Origin: an uncultured Phycisphaerales bacterium | GTDB lineage: Bacteria > Planctomycetota > Phycisphaerae > Sedimentisphaerales > Anaerobacaceae | Direction: 5' to 3' | NCBI GenBank assembly: GCA_963718665.1 | Contig: OY970359.1 | Span: forward strand, 32,001-96,000 | DNA: 64,000 nucleotides | Shown here: piece after piece, positions 28,812 to 38,656 of the stretch | Numbering within the stretch: the first letter of the stretch is position 1 | How the letters are laid out: each line of letters opens with the position of its first letter | The notes under the pieces: generated by a model | Databases searched by the model: none | Told to the model about the DNA's origin: nothing | What the model saw: only the letters and a program-made list of their open reading frames with translations | Translations under genes and position numbers: made by a program

Positions 28812-29441
28812 ATGAGAATGGTGGCGGTCAAAGTGAAGATTTGCGGCTTCACAAACTATGACGACGCAATGGCGGCGGCGGATATGGGCGCCGATATGCT
28901 CGGGTTCAATTTTTATCCCAAAAGCCCGCGATATATAAAGCCCGCCGACGCCTCGAAAATCATTGACCGGCTGCCCGCCTTCGTTGATATCGTGGGACTG
29001 TTCGTCAACGACACCTTCGAACACATCGAACAGGTAATCGACGAATGCCGTCTCGACTGGGTTCAGTTTCACGGCGACGAAACGCCAAAATACTGTGAGC
29101 AATTCGGAACGCTCAACGTGCGGACAATGAAAGCGATTCGCGTCAAAGACGCAAAAGACATCAAGCACGCGGAGGAATATTACACCGACGCGATTTTGCT
29201 TGACGCCTTTGACCCCAAAAAATACGGCGGAACAGGGCTTGTCTTCGATTGGAACATCATAGGAAACATCAGTAAACGCGTATTTCTGGCAGGCGGCATA
29301 AACGCCGAAAACATAACCAAGGCAGTGGAGCTGGGCATTTACGGCATCGACGTTTGCAGTGGCGTCGAGAGCAAACCCGGCAAAAAAGACCACGCCAAAA
29401 TGCGGAAACTTTTCGACATCATTCAGAACTTGAGAGGTTAG
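28812..29441 (+). CDS. trpF: Phosphoribosylanthranilate isomerase
   Basis: VKICG, SPR, QFHGDE, GGTG..FDW, LAGG, GVES.PGKKD. Confidence 0.95.
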   Translation: MRMVAVKVKICGFTNYDDAMAAADMGADMLGFNFYPKSPRYIKPADASKIIDRLPAFVDIVGLFVNDTFEHIEQVIDECRLDWVQFHGDETPKYCEQFGTLNVRTMKAIRVKDAKDIKHAEEYYTDAILLDAFDPKKYGGTGLVFDWNIIGNISKRVFLAGGINAENITKAVELGIYGIDVCSGVESKPGKKDHAKMRKLFDIIQNLRG

Positions 29442-29450
29442 ATAACGGCT

Positions 29451-30629
29451 ATGAAATACAAAGGCAGATTCGGTGACTATGGCGGTTTTTATGTCCCTGA
29501 GGTACTCATACCGGCGCTCGAAGAGCTTGAAAAGGCGTTTTACCGGTTCTACAAGGACAAGGGCTTCGTTAATGAGCTGTCGCAACTGATGACGGACTAC
29601 GCGGGCAGGCCCACACCCCTGTACCACGCCAAACGCCTCAGCGAATACGTTGGCTTCAACGTGTATCTCAAACGCGAAGACCTGCTTCACGGCGGAGCGC
29701 ACAAGGTCAACAATACGCTGGGCCAGGGATTACTCGCCAAATATATGGGCAAAACAAAGCTCATCGCCGAAACCGGAGCAGGTCAGCATGGCCTTGCCAC
29801 CGCGATGATTGGCGCGTTATTCGGAATGGAAACGAAAATTTTTATGGGCGCAACTGATATCGAACGCCAAAGCGTCAACGTCCACAAAATGAAACTTTGC
29901 GGCGCCCAGGTCATATCTGTCAAAGGCGGCACAAGCACGCTGAAAGACGCGATTAACGACGCCCTTCGATACTGGACAGCCAACGTTAATGATACATTTT
30001 ACCTTTTCGGCACAGCCGCGGGACCACATCCCTACCCGACGATTGTGAAGCATTTCCAGAGCTGCATAGGCAAAGAAACGAGACGGCAATGCCTCCACAA
30101 ACTCGGCCGGCTGCCCGATATGGTCCTTGCCTGTGTCGGCGGCGGAAGCAATGCAATAGGTATGTTCTCCGGCTTCCTCAACGACAAAAACGTCCGCCTC
30201 ATCGGCGTCGAAGCAGGCGGCAGAAGCTTATCGAGCGGCAGACACGCCGCGTCAATTTCAGCAGGCAAACCGGGTATCCTGCACGGGGCAAAGGCATATC
30301 TCCTCCAGAACGCCGAAGGACAGGTCAACGACACCGAAAGTGTCAGCGCAGGACTCGATTACCCCTCCGTCGGCCCTGAACATTGCTACCTCAGCGATAT
30401 TGGCAGGGCCACCTACGTCGCGGTGGAAGATGAAGACGTCCTCGATACATTTGGTTTGATGTGCAGAATGGAGGGCATTTTACCCGCGCTGGAAAGCACG
30501 CACGCAATCGCTTACATAGTCAGCCAGAAAGGTAAACTGCCCGCCAAAACAATCGCGGTCGTAAACCTCTCAGGCCGAGGCGACAAAGACGTTGGTATCG
30601 TTGAAAAATTCAGACCAGTGAAGGACTGA
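29451..30629 (+). CDS. trpB: Tryptophan synthase beta chain
   Basis: [36 protein letters not shown]. Confidence 0.97.
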   Translation: MKYKGRFGDYGGFYVPEVLIPALEELEKAFYRFYKDKGFVNELSQLMTDYAGRPTPLYHAKRLSEYVGFNVYLKREDLLHGGAHKVNNTLGQGLLAKYMGKTKLIAETGAGQHGLATAMIGALFGMETKIFMGATDIERQSVNVHKMKLCGAQVISVKGGTSTLKDAINDALRYWTANVNDTFYLFGTAAGPHPYPTIVKHFQSCIGKETRRQCLHKLGRLPDMVLACVGGGSNAIGMFSGFLNDKNVRLIGVEAGGRSLSSGRHAASISAGKPGILHGAKAYLLQNAEGQVNDTESVSAGLDYPSVGPEHCYLSDIGRATYVAVEDEDVLDTFGLMCRMEGILPALESTHAIAYIVSQKGKLPAKTIAVVNLSGRGDKDVGIVEKFRPVKD

Positions 30630-30630
30630 A

Positions 30631-30678
30631 GAATTGCAGATTTCGGATTGTTGATTGCGGATTGATAATAAGGATTGG
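30631..30678. repeat. Heptamer array in the trpB-trpA spacer
   Basis: aattgca-gatttcg-gattgtt-gattgcg-gattgat. Confidence 0.65.
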
Positions 30679-30681
30679 AAA

Positions 30682-31479
30682 ATGAAATCTTATAAACAAG
30701 TTTTTGCGGAACTCAACCACGCGGCTGTTATACCCTTTTTCGTAGTCGGCGACCCGGATTACAAAACAAGCTTAAAAATTGTCAAATCGGCAATCGACGC
30801 TGGCGCGGACATACTCGAATTAGGCATACCGTTCTCAGACCCGATAGCCGACGGCCCCACAATTCAAAAGGCGGACATCCGCTCGCTCAAAAACGGTATG
30901 ACCGTCAAAAAAGCGTTAAAATTTATCACTGAAATCAAAAAGCACAAGGACATTCCCATCGGCCTGTTGATGTATTACAACCTGATTTTCCAATACGGCA
31001 CAGAGAAATTCTTCCGTGATTTCCACAAAGCGGGAGTCAACAGCGTCCTTGTTGCCGACCTGAGCATAGACGATGCCAAAGAGATTATCGGCCCGGCAAA
31101 GAAAGCCGGCCTCGATACCGTCTTTATGGTTACGCCCAACACTTCAAAAGAGCGATTGAAACTCATTACCTCAAAAACCACCGGCTTTATCTACGCTGTT
31201 TCATTATTAGGCGTAACAGGCAGCCGAAAAACATTATCAACTTCGGTTAAAGGCCTCATCAGCAGAATCAAAAAAGAAACCGATTTGCCTGTATGTGTCG
31301 GCTTCGGCATTAGCACGCCCGAACACGCCGCAAAGGTCGCCAAATCAGGCGCAGACGGCGTTATCATTGGCTCAAAAATCGTAGGACTGATTGAAGACAA
31401 TATCAAAAATAAAAAGAAGTGCCTGAGTGAGACATCGAGGTTTATAAGAAAGGTAAAGTCGGCTATTCCAGAATCCTGA
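30682..31479 (+). CDS. trpA: Tryptophan synthase alpha chain
   Basis: ELGIPFSDPIADGPTIQ, GVTG, VGFGIS, DGVIIGS. Confidence 0.97.
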   Translation: MKSYKQVFAELNHAAVIPFFVVGDPDYKTSLKIVKSAIDAGADILELGIPFSDPIADGPTIQKADIRSLKNGMTVKKALKFITEIKKHKDIPIGLLMYYNLIFQYGTEKFFRDFHKAGVNSVLVADLSIDDAKEIIGPAKKAGLDTVFMVTPNTSKERLKLITSKTTGFIYAVSLLGVTGSRKTLSTSVKGLISRIKKETDLPVCVGFGISTPEHAAKVAKSGADGVIIGSKIVGLIEDNIKNKKKCLSETSRFIRKVKSAIPES

Positions 31480-34054
31480 CCACCCCCCTGTCGCCATCCA
31501 CCTGGATGGTCTGGCCGGTTTTGATTATTCTTGTCGCGTTGCCTACGTTTACAACGGCAGGAATGCCGTACTCGCGGGCAATAATGGCTCCGTGTGAAAG
31601 CAAGCCGCCCTGGTCCATAACAATCCCGGCAGCGGGGATAAAATACGGTGTCCAGCCGGGGTCAGTGAACGGAGCAACAAGAATCTCACCGGCTTGAACC
31701 TGCTCGTTGTTGTCGGCTCTCAATATCACTCGTGCCTTCCCGCTAACAACGCCGGGGCTTACGGCCAAACCCTTTAACTGTTGGACATCGGCCTTTACTT
31801 CTTCAGGAACATACCTGTCAGGGTCGAACTTACCAATGATTAAATTGGGCGGCGTTATGGACTGCCACTTCTCATACTCGGCGCGACGAGCGGCGATTAT
31901 CTCTTTGATATCGACTTTAGATTGATTCCGTGTCAACTGACCAATTTCCTCCAGCTTAAGGAAGAAAACATCGTCGCTGTCCCCTATTAAAGAGCGGGCC
32001 GCCAACTTTCTGCCGAGTTCGAGCAGTATCGAGCGCATAGATGCTATTAGCTTTATGGCTTCACTTTTGATGTTCTCGCGAAATGCCGAACCATACTGAG
32101 CGCGAACGAGCAGATGATTGAAAACAGCCCGCTTGACAGGATTGGTGAGTTTTCGACGGCAGTTCTGCGCAAGTTGTTCACGCTCGGCGGCAATGCGCTT
32201 ATGGTTTTCAAGTGGATTGGTTCTGTCCATAGAGCCGAGGTAACTACGAATAAGGCCGAGGATATAATCGGGTGTTTCGGCCCACCGCCGGTTATAAAGC
32301 TCGATCTCGCCGCGGCAGTGGTGTCCATGGGCCTTCATAAAGCGGTTCCAGTCAATTAGAAACTCCTTACCTGAGGAGCTTTTGGTAAGTCCCTCGTGCA
32401 AAATGTCCCATCCGGCATTCGATTGAATCAATTCCTTTAGGGCAGGGCTATCGTTAACTTTCGCAGCCAGCCGCCAAAGGTCGAAACCGGCTTCTGCGTC
32501 TTCCATATTGCCCAGGCCTGCGAGCAACCTTCCTGCACATGACTGTTCATCGGGAAGCCATCTCTTGCATATAATTTTGAGGATTGGGAAATAGACCATC
32601 CAGTAAAACATGGGAAGTATTTTTTTGATGATTCCCTGAAGGTCTGTAACGGCATCCATCAGGCAGTCAGCCAGCCGTTCGGCGGACAAGCCGGAAATAT
32701 CGAGACAGGCCCATTTTTCATTCATATTCCTAATGTTGGCGAGAACGGACTGGGATTTGCGGCTTGTATTGCAGAGCATAGATGCCGTTAGCAAAGGCAA
32801 TCTCAGAAGGAACTTCACGCGGTTGCGCTTGATTTTGGGCAGGTCTTCCGCTGGTGTATTTTTTAGTTTTTCAATTAGTTGTGCCAATTCCGGCTCGCTT
32901 CCGGCAAATTCACTCCAGTCCAGGTTTCTTGTAATCCTGAATTGCTTTGTTACAGCGGCCCAGAAGCCGACATTAAAGTACACCCGGCCGGCAATCAGGT
33001 CGTATGCCCGGATGTTACCTTTATCGATGCACAGCACGTCAAAGATAAAATCGAATTGGTTATCTGTAAGGAACCCAAGCATCCAGAATGTGGCCGGCGT
33101 CACCACATCAGGCAATACCTCCTTCGCAGCAAAACTGGCCCATATTTGCTTCTCTTCCCGGGATTTTGCTCTCGGTATGGTTGTGATGGGTCTGGACTGA
33201 AGCAGAAAAATCTTGTCCTGGTGAATCGCCCATTCGATGTCCTGGGGACAGCCGAATTCGTTCTCGGCTTTTATGGCGAGCTTCGCGAGCTTTTGGGCCG
33301 TCTGGTCGTTTATACAAGGGGCAGTCATCGAACGTGAAATAACATTCGGCCCCTTCTTGTCCATAACAACACAGTCAGGAGAGACCCTGCCTGAAACAAG
33401 AACGTCACCGAGACCAAAACAGGCCTCAATAACAATACGATTATTGTCACCGGTAATAGGATCAGAAGTGAACAGAACACCGGAGACATCTGCCGCAATA
33501 AGCGACTGGACAATTACGGCCATTTTTACTTTCCGATGGTCGAAGTTGTTTTTCTGCCGATACATAAACGCACGTTCCGTCCACAATGAGGCCCAGCATT
33601 TTTTTATGGCAGTCAGGCAATCTTCGATGTTGGCAATTCCAAGGTATGTGTCATAGAGGCCTGCGAAGGAATGACCGGGCAGGTCTTCTGCGGTGGCCGA
33701 CGAGCGAACAGCCAAACTGTTGGCTGCGAGAGTATGGTAATACGATTCAATTTCAGCAGCAAGTGAGTCATCCATCGGTGATTCAATGATAGCCCTGCGC
33801 ACATCAGCCAGGGGTTTGGCAATGTCGAAGCTTTCAGACCTGCTTAGCAATAGAAGAGCTTCATCAATCATCGCCTTGCCAATATGTAACCTGTATGAGT
33901 TGGCGGCAATACAGAAGGCGTCAGGGACAGGTAAACCTATGCGTTTAAGACGCCAAAGACCGACCGCTTTTGCCCCAACAATTGGTTGGTCGGAGTTCGT
34001 AATGCCGTCCAAAGGTATAATTAATAATCTATTGTGCTTCATCTTTTCCGGCAT
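31463..34054 (-). CDS. PEP-utilising enzyme with rifampicin-phosphotransferase-like architecture
   Basis: GAKA, AVRSSATAED..SFAG, QDIEWA, QSRPIT; central helical domain; C-terminal TDPGW, GG.LSHGAIIAREYGIP. Confidence 0.88.
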   Translation of the reverse strand: MPEKMKHNRLLIIPLDGITNSDQPIVGAKAVGLWRLKRIGLPVPDAFCIAANSYRLHIGKAMIDEALLLLSRSESFDIAKPLADVRRAIIESPMDDSLAAEIESYYHTLAANSLAVRSSATAEDLPGHSFAGLYDTYLGIANIEDCLTAIKKCWASLWTERAFMYRQKNNFDHRKVKMAVIVQSLIAADVSGVLFTSDPITGDNNRIVIEACFGLGDVLVSGRVSPDCVVMDKKGPNVISRSMTAPCINDQTAQKLAKLAIKAENEFGCPQDIEWAIHQDKIFLLQSRPITTIPRAKSREEKQIWASFAAKEVLPDVVTPATFWMLGFLTDNQFDFIFDVLCIDKGNIRAYDLIAGRVYFNVGFWAAVTKQFRITRNLDWSEFAGSEPELAQLIEKLKNTPAEDLPKIKRNRVKFLLRLPLLTASMLCNTSRKSQSVLANIRNMNEKWACLDISGLSAERLADCLMDAVTDLQGIIKKILPMFYWMVYFPILKIICKRWLPDEQSCAGRLLAGLGNMEDAEAGFDLWRLAAKVNDSPALKELIQSNAGWDILHEGLTKSSSGKEFLIDWNRFMKAHGHHCRGEIELYNRRWAETPDYILGLIRSYLGSMDRTNPLENHKRIAAEREQLAQNCRRKLTNPVKRAVFNHLLVRAQYGSAFRENIKSEAIKLIASMRSILLELGRKLAARSLIGDSDDVFFLKLEEIGQLTRNQSKVDIKEIIAARRAEYEKWQSITPPNLIIGKFDPDRYVPEEVKADVQQLKGLAVSPGVVSGKARVILRADNNEQVQAGEILVAPFTDPGWTPYFIPAAGIVMDQGGLLSHGAIIAREYGIPAVVNVGNATRIIKTGQTIQVDGDRGVVRILE

Positions 34055-34231
34055 CCACTATAGCACTTAAGGACCATAATGGCAAAAGTACAATCAGGGA
34101 ATCAGTCTGATAAATCAGAGGATTTTTTTGCACTTTTTTTCGTAGCGAATGCGATAAGCTTGGTATAAAATCTGATGCTGAGCGTGTAATCAGAAAACCG
34201 GAATTGAAAGCGATATTTTTCGGAGGGCAAT

Positions 34232-34864
34232 ATGAGCAAGGTACTGTACATCAAGGCGTCGCCGATGAAGGAACGGTCAAATTCAATCGCGGCGGCAGAT
34301 GCGTTCGTCGAGGCATACAAGAAATCACATCCCAAAGACCAAGTAAAAACAATCGACCTGTTTTCAGCAAAGCTGCCTGAATTCGATTTTGTTGCTGCCT
34401 CCGGCAAATACAAGATTATGCGAGGCAAACCACACAGCCCCGAAGAAAAGCAGGCGTGGGATAAGGTTGTCGTGACAATCGCGGAATTCAAGGACGCAGA
34501 CAAATACGTGCTGGCAGTTCCTATGTGGAATTTCTCGATACCCTACCGGCTAAAGCAGTATTTTGACATAATCGCCCAGCCAGGCCTGACTTTCACCGTC
34601 GATTCATTGGGCAATTACAAAGGATTAGTTACCGGCAAGCCCGTATTCGTTGCTTACGCCAGCGGCGGCGATTATCCGGTCGGTACTCCCGCAGAGGCGT
34701 TTGACCTTCAGAAAAAATATATCGGGCTGATACTGGGCTTTATGGGGCTGACCGATATTCGCTCGGTGGTTGTTGCGCCGACGCTTGCGGGCGGCCCCGA
34801 AGTCGCCGAGCAAAAGCGAAACGTCGCGATTGAAAAAGCAAAACAAATGGCCAGCGAGTTCTGA
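34232..34864 (+). CDS. azoR: FMN-dependent NADH-azoreductase
   Basis: LYIKASP...SNS, PMWNFSIP..LK.Y.D, G.TF, SGG.Y. Confidence 0.88.
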   Translation: MSKVLYIKASPMKERSNSIAAADAFVEAYKKSHPKDQVKTIDLFSAKLPEFDFVAASGKYKIMRGKPHSPEEKQAWDKVVVTIAEFKDADKYVLAVPMWNFSIPYRLKQYFDIIAQPGLTFTVDSLGNYKGLVTGKPVFVAYASGGDYPVGTPAEAFDLQKKYIGLILGFMGLTDIRSVVVAPTLAGGPEVAEQKRNVAIEKAKQMASEF

Positions 34865-34867
34865 GCG

Positions 34868-36892
34868 TTAAGTGGTAACCAGCAGGTATGCCCGTATCAG
34901 TTCCGCAACGCTCCACGCCTGGGCGAAGCACCCTTTCGGCCTTTGCGGCTCGTTGCCGTCGAATATCTCGCAGATGCTGCCTATGCAGCCGTCGCCGGTG
35001 AGATTGGCCAGCAATGGCCTGATGAAATTCGCCGCGTTTTTTTTGGTATCGATACCGGAACCGTTCACCTTCAGATACGCCTCCACAAACGGCCCTATAA
35101 GGTAAGGCCACACAGTCCCCTGGTGATAGGCGCTATCTCGCTGGGACTGAGGCCCCGTGTATTGCCCCTGATACCTTTTGTCATCAGGCGACAAAGTTCG
35201 CAGGCCGAACGGCGTCAAAAGTTTTTCCTCGACGATACGCACCACCCCTTTTTGCTGTAACAGGGGCAGCGGCGAAAACGGCAGCGACACTGCGAATATC
35301 TGGTTGGGTCTAAGCGTCGCGTCAGCCGTCCCGTCAGGAAGGATACAGTCGTTCAACCAGCCCCACGACTGGTTCCAGAATATTTTGCAGAAATTCTCCC
35401 TGACTATTTCCGCCCTTGACCGCACAGTATTAAACAGTTGATTGTCATTGCTGTCAGTCAAATATCGTGAAAGCAGCATAAGCGCGTTATACCACAGCGC
35501 GTTGATTTCCACGGGCTTGCCGTATCTCGGCGTAAACACAATCCCGTTGAATTTGGCGTCCATCCACGTAAGCTGCGTGCTCGCGTCGCCTGCCGTTATC
35601 AGGCCGTCGGCGTCGGCATGAATTCCGAATTGCGTCCCGTGCTGATAAGAATTGACAATCGAAATAACAACAGGCAAAAGCTCCTCACGGAAAGTCCGGC
35701 GATCGCCCGAAGCATTGAGATACGCGAAGGCCGCATTTATAAACCACAGTGATGCATCCACGCTGTTAAAGTGGACCGCGCTGGAATAGTCATCGAATCG
35801 GCTTGGTATCATACCGTTTGAAGCAGCTTTAGCAAAGGTAACAAGAACGGATTTCGCCTCGTCGAATCTGCGCGTCGCCAGCAGCAAACCAGGCAATGAT
35901 ATGAACGCATCCCTGCCCCAGTCCGCAAACCACGGGAAACCCGCTAATATAGTTGACATCGCCGTCTCGCCAAGGTTGCGTTTTGCAATAAACTGGTCTG
36001 CCGCAAGATAAAGCGTCTCAAGTGTTTTATCATTCTTCGCCTGCTGAATTACTTCGTTCTGGTGCCCTGATAGCTGTCCTATGACCTGTTCGATATCAGG
36101 CAAAACAAATTTATCCGCCGTAGCGGACGTCTCAGGCCCGCTGAGGTTCGCCCACAAAACCAGCTTTTTCGGCGAATCAATATGATACCTGAAAAACCCA
36201 GGCGTAAACAAATCCTCTGTAAAATCCTGTCCCCTTTCCCTGTCCGCCCGGTACAGGAATTTATACCACCACTGCGGATTCTCTCCAAAGACCGCTTCCC
36301 GGCAGTTTATCAGCAACCGACACGAGCCGGGTATGTCGTGACTAATCAGCAGTCCATCCGCCGCCAACCGGGTCTTAATGTGCACATCCGATTTCTGCAG
36401 CGAATGAAAATCACGCAGTCCTACAATCGGCCTAACCGTAAAATCAACCGGCTTCGGAACTTCATCGAACGAATAAACCACCCCCACCGTGTCCTCATCC
36501 TGCAGCAGGTACACCGATTTTGTCAGCTTCAGGTCGCCGAATCGGTAATGAAAATGAGCGCCGATATCCCTGCTGAATCGTTTTAGCCGGATATACCCGT
36601 CCGGCGAAATCTTGTCCGGGAATTCTATCGTGCCTAAATGAAACTCCGCGGGTCCCCAGTATATCGTCTCAAAGCAGCTGGACAGCGCCATTATTCTGTT
36701 CGCCGGCGGCGTAAGTGTGCCCGTCAGCAAACCGTGATACCGTCTCGTATTGCACCCGATAATTGTCGAAGAAGAAAACCCCCCGCGACTGTTGGATAGA
36801 AACCACTCCTTCTCCAGCAGATTTTCAAGCGGTATTTCCGTAGTATCCACCGAGATACTGATGTATCTGTTTTTTTGCTGCATCATAAGCAT
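34868..36892 (-). CDS. Glycogen debranching enzyme (amylo-alpha-1,6-glucosidase family)
   Basis: EW.L.N..GG, TRRYHGLL, AGFPWF.DWGRD, LTWMDAK, YHQGTVW, QAWSVAE. Confidence 0.92.
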   Translation of the reverse strand: MLMMQQKNRYISISVDTTEIPLENLLEKEWFLSNSRGGFSSSTIIGCNTRRYHGLLTGTLTPPANRIMALSSCFETIYWGPAEFHLGTIEFPDKISPDGYIRLKRFSRDIGAHFHYRFGDLKLTKSVYLLQDEDTVGVVYSFDEVPKPVDFTVRPIVGLRDFHSLQKSDVHIKTRLAADGLLISHDIPGSCRLLINCREAVFGENPQWWYKFLYRADRERGQDFTEDLFTPGFFRYHIDSPKKLVLWANLSGPETSATADKFVLPDIEQVIGQLSGHQNEVIQQAKNDKTLETLYLAADQFIAKRNLGETAMSTILAGFPWFADWGRDAFISLPGLLLATRRFDEAKSVLVTFAKAASNGMIPSRFDDYSSAVHFNSVDASLWFINAAFAYLNASGDRRTFREELLPVVISIVNSYQHGTQFGIHADADGLITAGDASTQLTWMDAKFNGIVFTPRYGKPVEINALWYNALMLLSRYLTDSNDNQLFNTVRSRAEIVRENFCKIFWNQSWGWLNDCILPDGTADATLRPNQIFAVSLPFSPLPLLQQKGVVRIVEEKLLTPFGLRTLSPDDKRYQGQYTGPQSQRDSAYHQGTVWPYLIGPFVEAYLKVNGSGIDTKKNAANFIRPLLANLTGDGCIGSICEIFDGNEPQRPKGCFAQAWSVAELIRAYLLVTT

Positions 36893-37015
36893 AGTATTTC
36901 CCTGTACGATTACATCGTCCTTTGGGCCGATTATAATTTAATCTCATTTCTGCCCTGATGAATGCGCAATTTGCGGCCATATCGAACAAATGGGGCATAA
37001 AAATGTGGCCTATGA

Positions 37016-37621
37016 TTATTCCAGCGGTTGTCTGGCGGTGATGGCATCGGAGAGCATACGGGAGTTGGCGTATTCGAGAGTTGTGCCGGTGGCGAGGCCT
37101 CGGGCGAGGCGTGTGATTTTGACGCCTGTGCCCTTGAGGAGCGAGCTGATATAAAGCGCGGTGCCGTCGCCGACCATATTGGGATTGGTTGCCATAATAA
37201 TCTCCTCCACCCCCCCCGCTTTGACACGCTCGATGAGTTTATCAATGGTGAGGTCCGCCGGCTCAATGCCGTCTAAGGGCGCGATATGTCCGCCCAGGAC
37301 GTGGTAAACCCATTTGCACTGGCCTGTTTTTTCAAGAACGATTACATCTTTGGGCTGTTCGACGACGCATATCCTGCTTTTATCACGGCGTGTGTCGGAG
37401 CAGATTGGGCAGGTTTCGGTTTCAGCGAAGTTGTAGCAGGTTTTGCACTGCTTGACTTTAGTTTTGACGTCGCTTATGGCCTGGGCGAGAGCGAGGGCAT
37501 CGGCGGGTTTCGATTTGAGGATATGGAAGGCCAGCCGTTCGGCGGTCTTCGAGCCGATACCCGGAAGGCGAGCCAATTCCTCAATCAGTTTGTTAACGGT
37601 TTCAGTATAGCCAGTCGTCAT
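37016..37621 (-). CDS. recR: Recombination mediator RecR
   Basis: LPGIG.KTAERLA, C4 zinc finger, TOPRIM VVEQPKD, YHVLGG. Confidence 0.97.
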   Translation of the reverse strand: MTTGYTETVNKLIEELARLPGIGSKTAERLAFHILKSKPADALALAQAISDVKTKVKQCKTCYNFAETETCPICSDTRRDKSRICVVEQPKDVIVLEKTGQCKWVYHVLGGHIAPLDGIEPADLTIDKLIERVKAGGVEEIIMATNPNMVGDGTALYISSLLKGTGVKITRLARGLATGTTLEYANSRMLSDAITARQPLE

Positions 37622-37631
37622 AATTCAATTC

Positions 37632-37704
37632 GGCGGGGTCGAACCCCGCCCTACATATAAATATCAACGCAAAGATTTTATCATGAAGACACAAAGACGC
37701 AAAG
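37632..37704. repeat. REP-like hairpin plus an 8-bp-period repeat arm
   Basis: ggcgggg-tcgaa-ccccgcc-ctac, then acgcaaag-attttatc-atgaagac-acaaagac-gcaaag. Confidence 0.6.
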
Positions 37705-37744
37705 TCATTTATGATTTATTGTCTCGAAGCAGTGTCTTGCAAAA

Positions 37745-37771
37745 CTAACGACATTCTAATAAAATTCTAAC
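37745..37771 (+). promoter_or_regulatory. Pho-box-like triple direct repeat
   Basis: ctaac/ctaat/ctaac at exact 11-bp spacing (37745, 37756, 37767), directly before pstS. Confidence 0.55.
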
Positions 37772-37774
37772 ACG

Positions 37775-38656
37775 ATGAAGAAACTTTTGGTTTTAACAAC
37801 TCTCTTGTTACTGATTGGGGCTGTAGGGTGCAAGGATTCAGTGGACCCTAACGAGCCCGTTGGTTTTATTCAGGTTAAAGGGTCGGATACGATAGTCAAC
37901 GCAGCACAGGAGGTAGCTGAGGAGTTTATGAAGGATTACCCGCACGTCTTTGTGGCGGTTACGGGCGGGGGCAGCGGAGTGGGAATAGCGTCGCTCATCA
38001 ATAAGACCTGCGACGTGGCAACGGCATCACGCGAAATGAAACCAAAGGAAATAGAGGTCGCGCTCAAGCACGGCGTAACACCCAAAGAATTCACGGTGGC
38101 ATACGATGGCGTAGCCCTGATAGTCAACAAAGACAACCCGGTCGATAAACTGACCATCGAGGATTTGCATAAGATATTTACGGGCAAAGCCAAAAACTGG
38201 AAGGAATTCGGGGGCAAAGACCTCGGTATAGTAACGCTATCTCGCGAAGTAAGTTCTGGCACGCATATGTACTTCAAGGAAGAAGTTGTCCAATTAGGCA
38301 AAAAGGGAAGCACGGAGGAGTTTTCCAATGAAACGCTGCTGTTATCTTCGTCGCAGGCAATAGTTGAAGAGGTGGCGGCGAACGAGTCGGCCATCGGATA
38401 CTTGGGGATGGGTTATACGTCGGAGCGGACGAAATCGCTGGCGATAAGCAACGGGAAGGAATATTATCTGCCCGATGTGGATAACGTTATGAAAAAGAAA
38501 TACCCGCTTTCACGCGGATTGTACTTTTATACTGACGGTGAGCCAAACGGCATAAAGAAGCTGTTTATCGATTTCGCGATGGGGTCAAAGGGACAGGAAC
38601 GGTTCAAGGCAACGGGTTTTGTGCCCGTGGGAGATACTGTTGTCGAAAAGAATTAG
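37775..38656 (+). CDS. pstS: Phosphate ABC transporter binding lipoprotein
   Basis: Lipobox-like AVGC, KGSDT, GGGSGVGI, SRE.SSGT, YPLSR. Confidence 0.95.
   Translation: MKKLLVLTTLLLLIGAVGCKDSVDPNEPVGFIQVKGSDTIVNAAQEVAEEFMKDYPHVFVAVTGGGSGVGIASLINKTCDVATASREMKPKEIEVALKHGVTPKEFTVAYDGVALIVNKDNPVDKLTIEDLHKIFTGKAKNWKEFGGKDLGIVTLSREVSSGTHMYFKEEVVQLGKKGSTEEFSNETLLLSSSQAIVEEVAANESAIGYLGMGYTSERTKSLAISNGKEYYLPDVDNVMKKKYPLSRGLYFYTDGEPNGIKKLFIDFAMGSKGQERFKATGFVPVGDTVVEKN

Noticed and set aside
28809..29702. 297-aa minus-strand ORF and similar long antisense ORFs
   Set aside because: They lie opposite well-conserved genes and have no recognisable motifs.
34165..34225. Riboswitch upstream of azoR
   Set aside because: Only a short ctgat/atcag stem is present, with no recognisable aptamer consensus.
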